Source: Flectonema sp. DT1601 (taxonomy: Eukaryota). From it: 64,000 nt of DNA. Of the stretch, positions 13,567 through 25,810 are shown piece by piece. Each line of letters opens with the position of its first letter. Position 1 is the stretch's first letter. The stretch covers positions 992,001 to 1,056,000 of the forward strand of contig OZ025802.1 of assembly GCA_964019425.1 (NCBI GenBank). The letters run 5' to 3'. The notes below the pieces were generated by a model, which saw nothing but the letters and a program-made list of their open reading frames with translations, was not told where the DNA came from and ran no database searches. The translations under genes and the position numbers were made by a program.

Positions 13567-15616
13567 ATGTCTTACGACGGAGCTATCGGTATCGATTTAG
13601 GAACCACCTACTCCTGTGTCGGAGTGTGGCAGAACGAACGTGTTGAAATCATTGCAAATGATCAAGGAAACCGTACTACCCCATCATACGTTGCGTTCAA
13701 CGACAGCGAGCGTCTTATTGGAGATGCCGCCAAGAACCAGGTTGCCATGAACCCAACCAACACCGTCTTCGACGCGAAGAGATTGATCGGTCGTAAGGTG
13801 ACTGACTCATCAGTTCAGTCAGACATGAAGCATTGGCCGTTCAAGGTCACTTCAAAGGCTGACCAGAAGCCACTTCTTGAGGTTCAGTACCTCGGAGAGA
13901 CCAAGCAGTTCATGCCTGAGGAAGTGTCAGCCATGATCCTTGTGAAGATGAAGGAGATCGCTGAGTCATTCCTTGGAAAGGACATCAAGAAGTCTGTCGT
14001 AACTGTTCCTGCTTACTTCAACGACTCCCAGAGACAGGCTACCAAGGATGCCGGTACCATCTCAGGAATGGAAGTTCTGAGAATCATCAACGAACCAACC
14101 GCTGCCGCCATCGCGTACGGTCTGGACAAGACTGAGGAGGCTGAGAAGAACATCCTCATCTTCGATTTGGGAGGTGGTACTTTTGACGTCACCTTGTTGA
14201 CCATCGACGGAGGAATCTTCGAAGTGAAGGCGACCGCCGGAGACACTCATTTGGGAGGAGAGGACTTTGACAACAGAATGGTTAACCACTTCGTTGAGGA
14301 GTTCAAGAGAAAGAACAAGAAGGACCTTACCCAGAACCAGCGTGCTCTCCGTAGATTGAGGACCGCATGTGAGAGAGCAAAGAGAGCTTTGTCCTCGGCT
14401 GCCCAGACATCGATCGAGATCGACTCCTTGTACGAGGGTATCGACTTCTACACCTCGATCACCCGTGCCAGATTCGAGGAATTGTGTGCCGACCTCTTCC
14501 GTTCATGTTTGAGACCTGTTGAGCAGGTTCTCGGAGACGCCAAGATGGACAAGAGATCGATCCACGAGGTCGTCCTTGTTGGAGGATCCACCAGAATTCC
14601 AAAGATCCAGTCGATGGTGAGCGACTTCTTCGGAGGAAAAGACCTCAACAAGTCGATCAACCCTGACGAGGCTGTTGCCTTTGGTGCCGCCGTTCAGGCG
14701 TTCGTTCTTACCGGAGGACAGAGCAAGCAGACTGAGCAGATCCTTCTTCTCGACGTGACCCCACTTACCTGTGGTATCGAGACCGCTGGAGGAGTGATGA
14801 CCCCTTTGATCAAGAGAAACACCACCATTCCAACCAAGAAAAGTCAGGTGTTCTCGACCTACTCTGACAACCAGCCGGGAGTTCACATCCAGGTATTCGA
14901 AGGAGAGAGAGCCATGACCAAGGACTGCCATCAGTTGGGAACATTCGACCTTTCCGGAATCCCACCAGCTGCACGTGGTGTTCCACAGATCGAAGTGACC
15001 TTCGATGTTGACGCCAACGGTATCATGAACGTTTCTGCTGAGGACAAGACCACTGGTAAGAAGTCCCAGGTCACCATCACCAACGACAAGGGTAGATTGT
15101 CACAGGCTGAGATCGACGCCATGTGCAAGGACGCTGAGAAGTTCGCCGAGCAGGACAAGATCGCCAAGGAGCGTATTGAGTCCAAGAACGGTCTTGAGAA
15201 CTACGCTTACTCGATGAAGAACACCTGCAACGACGAGAAGACCTCCGCGGCCCTCTCTGCCGATGACAAGAAGAAGATCATGGATGCCTCTGAGGAAGCC
15301 ATTCAGTGGTTGGACGCTTCCCAGGAAGTATGTATAGCTTGTTTATATTATTGTACCTTGTGATTATAATATATGTTTTTATCAAAAGAATATTACAACA
15401 ACACACAAACAGGCATCAAAGGAAGAGTACGACTCCAGAATGAAAGAACTTGAGGGTATCTGTCAGCCAATCATCACTAAGATGTACCAGCAGGCCGGAG
15501 GAGAAGGTGGCATGCCGGGAGGTATGCCAGGTGGCATGCCGGGAGGTATGCCGGGAGCTGGTGCCGGTGCTGGTGCCGGAGCCGGAGCCGGACCTCAAGT
15601 TGAAGAAGTTGACTAA
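13567..15616 (+). CDS. HSP70: Cytosolic heat shock protein 70; exons 13567-15327, 15413-15616
   Basis: [27 protein letters not shown] and [10 protein letters not shown] motifs; exon 2 encodes GGMP repeats and terminal VEEVD-TAA. Confidence 0.98.
15328..15412 (+). other. Spliceosomal GT-AG intron (85 bp) in HSP70
   Basis: GAA|GTATGT...CACAAACAG|GCA restores QE-ASKEEY and the EEVD end. Confidence 0.95.
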
Positions 15617-15881
15617 AAAGTTAGATTTCAAAAAAAAGCGTTCTTCCTCTCTTTATCAAGCTCCAATACTATTCCTCTCTTACTTCAATAGGTTAGTGAG
15701 ATTGCTACGTTTTGTAGCAACTCGTTTATTTTAATTTGCTTTTTCCCACTGCACCTTATCACAGGTGGGAATTATAGTTTAGCTTACCCTTACCTTTTGT
15801 AGTGTAATCGTTCAGCAATAATTCTGAAAACAGGTCCTCCTACAATATAATGATAGATTAGTATTTTACTTATAATTAATT

Positions 15882-18872
15882 ATGTCTATTGAGCCTTTAC
15901 CTTCAGGTGAGTCAGTGATGATTCACGCTGGAGTGGTCATTCAATCTCCGTTGTCAATTGTGAAAGAGTTAGTTGAAAATTCTATAGACTCTGGAGCAAC
16001 AATCATTACAGTTAGAGTGTCTCAGTCTCTAGACACCATTACTGTTGAGGACAACGGTGAGGGAATAGACAGAGATCAGGTAAGTAGTATTAAGTTTGGT
16101 CACACATCAAAGGTTGGAACTTTTTACTACGGCTATCGAGGACAAGCATTGTCATCAATATCAGCGCAGGCTGGTGAAATTCATTTATTAACAAAATCTC
16201 GCCGGACACTGATATCGACGAGCGTTTGTTTACATACTGGTAATCAACTATCTAACAAAGGTAATCTGAGATCAGGGACAACACTAATTGTAAAAGACCC
16301 GTTCCGTAAGATTCCTGTAAGACATGCTTTCTGGTCAGACAAAACCCGAATAACAAGACAATTAAATGAAATAACAAAGTACTGCATTGGTATTAACATC
16401 ATCTCAACCCAACTACACCTAACACTTGTTAAGGGTTCAACTGTGGCAGTTAAGGCAGGAGAGAAACCTGTAAAAACAATAACTGACTCCGTAAGAATAA
16501 CTTTAGGAAATACGGTTTACTCTGGATTGGACAACATGACTGTGTCATCTCCTACAAATGATCAACGGGGGACTATTAAAATTCAATTATTCATCGCAAA
16601 GATTGGTACAGCTGGAAACCCAGCCCTTCGTTCAAGGGATGATCGGGTATTTACTTACATTAATGGGAGACTGGTTCGTTGGAGAGCAGGAATAGCTGCA
16701 ATTAAAGGATGTTGGATGTTAAGGAAACCACCTACTGTTACTAATAAAGTTCCGGTAGTAATCCTCATAGTTTCACTCCCTCATTGGGAAGTCGATTTAA
16801 ATGTTTGTCCTCAGAAATCAGAAGTTTTTTTCCCTCATGAAAAGAGTATTTTAGACGTTGTTGCGACAGCCCTCAGCCTTCAACCAGAACTACCATCTGA
16901 AAGCGACAGATATTCAGAGGCTACTAGGGAACCTTCTCCATCACCAGACTTATTCTTAACAGCAGCAGGTGGTATTTCAGCTTTTGGATCGTCATCTTTA
17001 CCAGACTGCGGTAATATTGAAATTAATAATTCTAATCAACTAAATCAGAACCGAAGTCCATCACCAGTCGGTGTTGTCAGCATTGAATCTGACTCAGTGA
17101 AATCTTCTATTTGTTCTCTTGATGATATGGAGTGTACGGTACCGTCACAGACAGATATGTCACCACCAGTTAGTGAACCTTCACCAACACAATTAGCAAA
17201 CAGTGAAAATACAAACATAGAGACATCAGACGGGGTTGTTTCGATATCAACGGAGCCGTCACAGACAGATATGTCACCACCAGTTGGGCCAACACCATTA
17301 GCATACAATGACAATACAAACACAGAAATATCAGACGGAGCAGTTTCGATATCAACGGAGCCGTCACAGACAGATATGTCACCACCAGTTAGTGAACCTT
17401 CACCAACACAATTAGCAAACAGTGAAAATACAAACATAGAGACATCAGACGGGGTTGTTTCGATATCAACGGAGCCGTCACAGACAGATATGTCACCACC
17501 AGTTGGGCCAACACCATTAGCATACAATGACAATACAAACACAGAAATATCAGACGGAGCAGTTTCGATATCAACGGAGCCGTCACAGACAGATATGTCA
17601 CCACCAGTTAGTGAACCTTCACCAACACAATTAGCAAACAGTGAAAATACAAACATAGAGATATCAGACGGGGTTGTTTCGATATCAACGGGGCCGTCAC
17701 CACCACCAGGATTCGGAAGTAGTACTGCCAGTGATCCCACACATCAGATTATTAAATTAACAAACCTTAGTCATAGCTGTAGTCAGTCAAGTAATGAAGA
17801 TGTAATATCTAACAGAAGTCATTCGGATCGTCGAAATAATTTTTTTGAATCTGCTGACAGACGTCTTTTAAAGACAAAACAGCCTCATCCTGATGAAGGA
17901 ATCAAAAGATTAAAAACAACTAGTTCAGTGAAAGTAAAAGAATCACTTCTTATTAATGATATTAAAAGATTCAAACCAGAGATTAATGAAATTCAAATTA
18001 CAAATAAGAATGCGATCGATGGAAGTAATTATGTCTCGTCACCTACTCAACCTGATCAATGTCAGAACATCCTTTCGGATGATGATAATGTAACGTACGT
18101 TCTACCAACGGATGTCAACAGTGAAAAAGATACTGCTGTGACTGTTAGTTTAACTCAATCATCATTCGAAGTTCAATTAAAAAAAAAAGGAAGCGTTCGA
18201 ATACCGGAATCTGATATAGCAGGTGACTTTATAAAAACACTTTGCGAACCGGAATTGATTAAGAATAAAGTCTATTCTTCATTGAGAGGTGTTGGTCGGG
18301 CTTCTTACAATCCAGAAATCATTCACTTAACAACCAAAAGAATAAACCTACTAACTGAAATGCGGGTACTAAATGTAGTCGGTCATGGTAATAGCTTTAT
18401 TTATTTGTACTCTGATAAGGGAGACATTGCTGTTACTGATGTGAAAAAAATGTTTGAAATCTCAACGGCAAAGCATCTCACAGTTACTTATCAAGTACCA
18501 TCACGTAAATTAGAAAAACCAGTATTAGTTAGTAGCATTGTAGGAATGGAGGTTGATTATGTATCTCGATTGGTAGAAAGGTATGAAAGAGACCCTTCTT
18601 TAATTATTAACGATGGTTTTAAATTATTAAGAACATCGAATCAGTATTTTGTAACTCATTCTCCAATTGATTCCAGTCTGCTACCGTTAATAGAAATATC
18701 TCAATCTGAAGAAAGACTTCAGTCATCTCGAATTCAAATATTAAAAATAATAAAATCTCGTGTTACTGAAGCATTCCCGTCAGGTGTAACGTTATCGAAT
18801 GCAATGGCTGCTTTTACATATTCACTCCAACATTGTTTTGATGAATGTGTCGATGTCATTATTTTAACATAG
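15882..18872 (+). CDS. PMS1: MutL-family mismatch repair protein, PMS1 (human-type)-like
   Basis: GHKL ATPase motifs VKELVENSIDSGAT, DNGEGI, HTSK and YGYRGQALSSI; VDLNVCPQKSEV; the C-terminal domain has LEKPV and DGFKL motifs like human PMS1 and no DQHA endonuclease motif. Confidence 0.8.
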   Translation: MSIEPLPSGESVMIHAGVVIQSPLSIVKELVENSIDSGATIITVRVSQSLDTITVEDNGEGIDRDQVSSIKFGHTSKVGTFYYGYRGQALSSISAQAGEIHLLTKSRRTLISTSVCLHTGNQLSNKGNLRSGTTLIVKDPFRKIPVRHAFWSDKTRITRQLNEITKYCIGINIISTQLHLTLVKGSTVAVKAGEKPVKTITDSVRITLGNTVYSGLDNMTVSSPTNDQRGTIKIQLFIAKIGTAGNPALRSRDDRVFTYINGRLVRWRAGIAAIKGCWMLRKPPTVTNKVPVVILIVSLPHWEVDLNVCPQKSEVFFPHEKSILDVVATALSLQPELPSESDRYSEATREPSPSPDLFLTAAGGISAFGSSSLPDCGNIEINNSNQLNQNRSPSPVGVVSIESDSVKSSICSLDDMECTVPSQTDMSPPVSEPSPTQLANSENTNIETSDGVVSISTEPSQTDMSPPVGPTPLAYNDNTNTEISDGAVSISTEPSQTDMSPPVSEPSPTQLANSENTNIETSDGVVSISTEPSQTDMSPPVGPTPLAYNDNTNTEISDGAVSISTEPSQTDMSPPVSEPSPTQLANSENTNIEISDGVVSISTGPSPPPGFGSSTASDPTHQIIKLTNLSHSCSQSSNEDVISNRSHSDRRNNFFESADRRLLKTKQPHPDEGIKRLKTTSSVKVKESLLINDIKRFKPEINEIQITNKNAIDGSNYVSSPTQPDQCQNILSDDDNVTYVLPTDVNSEKDTAVTVSLTQSSFEVQLKKKGSVRIPESDIAGDFIKTLCEPELIKNKVYSSLRGVGRASYNPEIIHLTTKRINLLTEMRVLNVVGHGNSFIYLYSDKGDIAVTDVKKMFEISTAKHLTVTYQVPSRKLEKPVLVSSIVGMEVDYVSRLVERYERDPSLIINDGFKLLRTSNQYFVTHSPIDSSLLPLIEISQSEERLQSSRIQILKIIKSRVTEAFPSGVTLSNAMAAFTYSLQHCFDECVDVIILT
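17142..17699 (+). repeat. In-frame coding tandem repeat, A(114 bp)-B(105 bp)-A-B-A, higher-order period 219 bp
   Basis: Units start CCGTCACAGACAGATATGTCACCACCAGTT at 17142, 17256, 17361, 17475 and 17580; copies are near identical. Confidence 0.95.
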
Positions 18873-18905
18873 TAATTGTTGATGTCAATTTTATTAAAAT
18901 CCTTT

Positions 18906-18937
<32 letters not shown>

Positions 18938-19011
18938 GGTGTCTTTGAGTTTGATTAACTTTTTCTGGTAGTCGAAAAAATAACAATTATCTTAACAGGA
19001 ACTCGCACAAC

Positions 19012-22000
19012 ATGGGGGCGGGAGCAACTGGAGGTGAGAATGCAAAACGTTGGGAAGGATTGGTCGGAGAGCTGCAAATGCTTTGCGAACAACAAAAGAA
19101 AATGATAAAATCAGCATCAGGTGAGTCACCTATTCCAAGTCCTAAAGCAGAAGAGTTTGCTGGAAGAAGAAGGTCCTCGATACTGAAGAAGGAGTCTTTG
19201 ATTGACAGAAAGAGACCATCTGGTAGCGCTGACGCAACTGACACCACCGTGAGAAGATCATCATCAGTAGTGTCATTCAGTGGTGAGGGAGGTCAGAAGG
19301 ATGTAGTCGCAGCTCTAGCGTCAGTTGCTGCAAACGGTAATTGTACATCACCAACGATATCGTCACCTACTAATAGAAGTATTAATTTTAGTAGTAATTT
19401 AGGATCACCTATTCCCTCTGCATTTGATACTCTCGACGACTCGACCATCAGAAGTGAAACAACCAGCACTCGTAAGAGTCGAGCTGATCAAATGAAATTG
19501 AGAGCAACTAGAAAACAATTCTTTGATCAATACATGGATGACCCAATCAACCCTGGGAGTGAACTAGCATGTTCTTATGTTGGTTTAATATGTACGTCTT
19601 TGTCTTACTTGATGTCAATGGAAAATGGAAGTAACTTCAAACTTGGTGTTGAAGACATCTTTTTTACCAATCACTTACCATTGCATTTTGTTAACTTGGA
19701 AACCATCACATTATCGGAATTGTACGCAATTTGTAAGGAATTCGTTGATACGGATCCAAGATTTAAAGATGTCGTTAGAGTAGAAGTATTCTACATGGAC
19801 ACTCGTCTGGTTGAAGGAGAAGTTCAACAAGGAGAACGTGCTAATGAGTCAGGTGACAGGGGACCTCCTTCACTTCAAGTTTTTAGAAAGAGTCTTGAAG
19901 AAGATTTCAACGGACTATCAGCCTGTCGTATTTTCTGCTACGATCCATTTGTTGTTGAACAGGCCAAGCTCAGAATTGATGACACGGATAGTGATGAAGG
20001 ATCTGCCTCTGATATGGAAGAGCCAGGAGAGTATACGGCAATATCACCAAATAACGGTAATGCTCCACCAACAACACCATCACAAACATTAGATTCATTA
20101 ACCAGATACAGCGCTAGATCTGCTCCAAAGAGTAAGTTCGGATCATCCAACGATGGAAAGTTCTCACTCTGCACAGCTTACAACAGTGTCCAGCATCAGT
20201 TACAACTTGTTGACTCAAATATCGATGGTAGTATTCACTTAACGTCAAATGACGCTCCTATTACAGCAATGTACAGAGCTTGTTGTACTAAAGATCGGGG
20301 AACTGAAAGAAAAAGAGGTTTTGTTAGATTTTCTTTAATTGATTCGAGTCCTCCTCTTGGATCAATCGAAGAGATGCCTGGTGATCTACACGATTTGTTC
20401 GTACCAGACTTATACTCTGGAGCTGGTATGAGAGGTATACCGTTGACCTCAGTCGATAGTCAAATATCAGGTCACATTACCGCTTTTGCATTCGCATTGC
20501 ATTTAGTACAGGGATTGCAACCGTTTTCTGAGACGGGAGTTGGGATTAATATAAAGGATATTTGTACGGCAATGCAATTCCCTTTAAATGTTATCGTGAA
20601 TTACCCAATGTCTTTGATTGAAGCTTACACGTGGATGCAATCGTACATAACAAACCATTCTGTTTGGAATGAAAAAATATTTCTTCATGTCCAACCTATT
20701 GAGAAGAAGGTCGACAGTGAAGACAGTCCTCCGACGATGTCGATAATGGAGTTTAGTGACATTCTAGTAACTGCTCAGAATAGTAAGGTTGGATCTTCAG
20801 TAACCATACTACAGTTTGATGTTAACGTTGCGCATTCTGTATTGGGGCTTTCGGGTAGTAAGTCAGCATCATCAGACCATTATGGTGTGTTTATGGGTTA
20901 TGATGCTGACAAACAGTTGGTTAAAATACTTGACATCCATCCAAAGAAATACACTCGATTCTGGGTAACGTCATTGCAGAGGTTGCATTCTGCTATTATT
21001 GGAAGAGGATTTATTGTTGTTCAACGTGCTAGAAGACCAAGTCAAGACTCAGAGATGTGTTTTAAAAGACAAGATACAATGATTCGCACGAAACTTGCAA
21101 AATTATATCTACCGCCAGTGGCACCTGCTATGTTTGTTCACGCATTTGAATATCCCACAAAAGTAATGGCGACTACCGCAGTTGCTGTGGCTATTAATCA
21201 TTTATTGGATGCAAAGCCTCCAATCATGGTTAGAAATTTTATTAATAGTGTTGATTGTGATCCTTCTTTTCTTGTTGACTCTTGTATTTCATTGTGTGAT
21301 TTACACCGTATTACTATCTCATACTTAGTAAAGAGTAAGAACGCTACGAAGGTTTCAGCGGAATATTCAGTTTTTGATGAGCTGACGGATGGTACAAGAA
21401 GGGTCTCGTTAGATCAATTCACGAAAATGGTTACGACAGCCACTCAGAATTCAAAAGATGAAATTTTAATTCTCAACTGTGGGTTGCAATTTCTTAAAAA
21501 TAACGGAGGAGGAAACGGAGGATTTTACTGCATCGTTCATGATATAAGTGATTCAAATATACTTACGATCAGTGACGTCAATCCGTCCCTGTATTCAAGG
21601 TTTCTCTACGTGCCAATAGATGAACTCTACCACGACCTTTGTGAAAAAGACATTCTAAGCCGTCGATCACGAGGAGTAATGAGGCTTTCAAAAACACCAT
21701 TGAATAGCTGCTATCAAGAAGGGAGGTTTATTGATTTATTTAAAGTTCCTCAGTGGCAGCAATTTAGAATTCCGCAATGCGTTCATTTAAACGTCATTGC
21801 GTTGGCTTTATCAATGATGGGACATCCTTGTTGTGCTGAAGAAATCTTTTATACGGCATATACCTGTCTTGGTGGTGAGAGGTATCGAAGAGGATCGGCA
21901 ATTTTTCCATGGCAGCAATTAAAAATCACCTTAGGAGAGCTAAACGAGCGAATGACGGTAACTGCAGTAGCTAAAATGGTAATGAAATTCGAACAAGCAA

Positions 22001-22410
22001 CGAACCATGATCTGACTGCGAGTACCATTATCGGAATATCAAAAGATGATTTCGCATCTTTGGTAGAGGAGACATCATTGTCGAAGTGTCCTTATCTGTT
22101 GGCAGTTATTATAAATACAGAACACATATTTCATATAAAATTATCAGAAGAAGAGTCTCAATGGAAATTTGGATGTGGAATTATTAAAGACTATGATGAT
22201 GATACAGGAATAGTTCAAGTTGTTGAAGCAAACAGCACTCGTTATGGAGGTCAATGGAGTTGTACTTTAGATGAGCTTTATGCTGCTGCTGATCTTGATT
22301 CAGTAGAACAGAGTGAAAACGGACTTATTAAAATAGGTAAACTCCAAACCGGATTAGGTGCAAAACGAAAGTCAATGGTACAAAAAGACTTTAAAGCCGC
22401 TGCTTTCTAA
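19012..22410 (+). CDS. Protein with about four tandem phytochelatin-synthase-like (papain-fold, C83) modules; possible N-myristoylation
   Basis: HYGVFMGYDADKQLVKILDIHPKKYTRFWV resembles PCS GHFSPIGGY...ILDVARFKYPPHWV; KDRGTERKRGFVRFS and KDILSRRSRGVMRLS resemble the PCS domain end; N-terminus MGAGATG. Confidence 0.65.
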   Translation: MGAGATGGENAKRWEGLVGELQMLCEQQKKMIKSASGESPIPSPKAEEFAGRRRSSILKKESLIDRKRPSGSADATDTTVRRSSSVVSFSGEGGQKDVVAALASVAANGNCTSPTISSPTNRSINFSSNLGSPIPSAFDTLDDSTIRSETTSTRKSRADQMKLRATRKQFFDQYMDDPINPGSELACSYVGLICTSLSYLMSMENGSNFKLGVEDIFFTNHLPLHFVNLETITLSELYAICKEFVDTDPRFKDVVRVEVFYMDTRLVEGEVQQGERANESGDRGPPSLQVFRKSLEEDFNGLSACRIFCYDPFVVEQAKLRIDDTDSDEGSASDMEEPGEYTAISPNNGNAPPTTPSQTLDSLTRYSARSAPKSKFGSSNDGKFSLCTAYNSVQHQLQLVDSNIDGSIHLTSNDAPITAMYRACCTKDRGTERKRGFVRFSLIDSSPPLGSIEEMPGDLHDLFVPDLYSGAGMRGIPLTSVDSQISGHITAFAFALHLVQGLQPFSETGVGINIKDICTAMQFPLNVIVNYPMSLIEAYTWMQSYITNHSVWNEKIFLHVQPIEKKVDSEDSPPTMSIMEFSDILVTAQNSKVGSSVTILQFDVNVAHSVLGLSGSKSASSDHYGVFMGYDADKQLVKILDIHPKKYTRFWVTSLQRLHSAIIGRGFIVVQRARRPSQDSEMCFKRQDTMIRTKLAKLYLPPVAPAMFVHAFEYPTKVMATTAVAVAINHLLDAKPPIMVRNFINSVDCDPSFLVDSCISLCDLHRITISYLVKSKNATKVSAEYSVFDELTDGTRRVSLDQFTKMVTTATQNSKDEILILNCGLQFLKNNGGGNGGFYCIVHDISDSNILTISDVNPSLYSRFLYVPIDELYHDLCEKDILSRRSRGVMRLSKTPLNSCYQEGRFIDLFKVPQWQQFRIPQCVHLNVIALALSMMGHPCCAEEIFYTAYTCLGGERYRRGSAIFPWQQLKITLGELNERMTVTAVAKMVMKFEQATNHDLTASTIIGISKDDFASLVEETSLSKCPYLLAVIINTEHIFHIKLSEEESQWKFGCGIIKDYDDDTGIVQVVEANSTRYGGQWSCTLDELYAAADLDSVEQSENGLIKIGKLQTGLGAKRKSMVQKDFKAAAF

Positions 22411-22766
22411 AATTAGGAAATTCTCTGTGTGGGAACACTGTACGAATATCTTACTAAATTTTTTTCAAAAAAAAAAAAAAAAAAAACCTCCCTTCTGATG
22501 TAATTAAATAAAAATTTGAATAAAATAAAATTAAATAAAGAAACGTGAGTTTTTTTTTTTTTTTTTTTTTTTTAACACACTTTTTGCAAAGTGTGGTTTT
22601 GCAATTCCCAACACCCAAACTTTCACCTTTATTCATTAATTAGTAACTTTAAATTATTGCTTTTCATAATTAGGAAAGAGGTTGTTGTTCTTCAACCTAA
22701 CAAGTCACACCGTTAAGGAAACGAGGGTACCATATTTGCTTCTGTGAATATTAAAGTAAGGTCTTT

Positions 22767-22797
<31 letters not shown>

Positions 22798-22860
22798 TGA
22801 CTTCGTATCTTATTGTCATAATCTGTTAATAGGTCCAGTCATTTCTTATAAATTACTTTT

Positions 22861-23098
22861 CGAATGTATAATGAGTATTTATGAGAGTCTTTTGTTATCT
22901 ATTTCGCTGTGCGCCAGTAATAGTGTTTGCGATCAACGAGAATGTCTGGCGTCGACCCAAAAACACCGTACTACTACCTCACTCCAAGTGCAGGAAGAAT
23001 ACAAGCGACCCCAACGAATGATTGTGACGCTTGTAGTTCCACTCACTGCCCAATCATTCTTATGATTACTAACGAATGTATAATGAGTATTTATGAGA
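22861..23098. repeat. 26-bp exact direct repeat (22861-22886 and 23073-23098) flanking a ~185-bp segment related to the 88-bp dispersed element
   Basis: CGAATGTATAATGAGTATTTATGAGA occurs twice, with imperfect similarity extending ~25 bp upstream; the inner segment begins with TGTTATCTATTTCGCTGTGCGCCAGTAA, shared with 28165 and 61683. Confidence 0.75.
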
Positions 23099-24053
23099 AT
23101 CGATTTCTTTTTTTTTTTTTTTTAAATGCAGTTGGTTAGCGCGGTTAAAGAATCACGAAACGACTGACAGATGTTTGCATTGGGGGGGGTTTTTTTTTCT
23201 TTCTTTCATTTCATCCCTCAGTTTTTTTAGTTAACAAAATAATATTCCAATTTATTTAAAGTATTTGTTGATATCTGGGTAGTGGGATGGCTTCCCCTGC
23301 TCATGAATCACTCACAACAACAGCACTGCGTTGTATTCATTTTTACGAATTTTTTTTTTTTTTTTTTCCCCCTCTAAAAAGAGTCCATATTGTTCCCACT
23401 GCACTGTCATGGAACAGGTAGAACTATAGTCTACATAAAGCTTAGAAACAAAACAAAAATACTTGAACAGCATTCACAGGGTTTTCACCCTTCTCACCGT
23501 TAGGTTTATGTGTTGCATTTCCGACGAGTTTTTTATTGTCCATTATAAAATATAACAACATTTCATTTTATTCCCCTTTCCCCCCCCCTCTTTTTTTTTA
23601 TTTTTTATTTTTTTCGTACTTATATGGATGTAATATAGGAAAGGAGGAAGAAAAAGAAGAAGAGAAAAAAAAACCCCCCCTAAAAAATAGTGACATGTGG
23701 TATTACATAGCTTTCGCGTCCATCTCCTCAAATTCCCTAATCCTTTATTATTTTTTTTTTTTGAAAGAAGTGGGGGGGGAAAAAAAAAAAAAAAAGGTAT
23801 CTTACACATTGCTCCCCTTCCCGTCGACGCTTCATTCCGGGGCATAATTTTCTGCCGCATTAAAAAAAAAGGTAGGAATGGAAAAAAAAAACAATTTTTT
23901 AAGTAAACAAAACCCAGTGATAATTATACATAAGGTGAAGTATCCCCATACCCTAAGAGATGAACCTGTTGGTTGATTATTATATTATTTTATAATTCTT
24001 ACAGAGATGAGAAGATGAGGTGGTGGAGATTTTATTGTCAACGGTAGTTGTAA

Positions 24054-25661
<1,608 letters not shown>

Positions 25662-25810
25662 TAGCTCGAATAGAGATGTATATTTTCACTTTTTAGCGCC
25701 GGTAGAATCTGCTGTTCCTCTAATCAGGTAATCGGCAGGCAGGACATATTTGCTTTTTAACGATTTAAGTTTTTAAAAAAAAAAAAAAAATCACTTTCAT
25801 CAGTCAGACG

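Noticed and set aside
17142..17699. Repeat-spacer appearance resembling a CRISPR array
   Set aside because: The 'spacers' themselves repeat, the array is in-frame coding, and the context is eukaryotic with no cas genes
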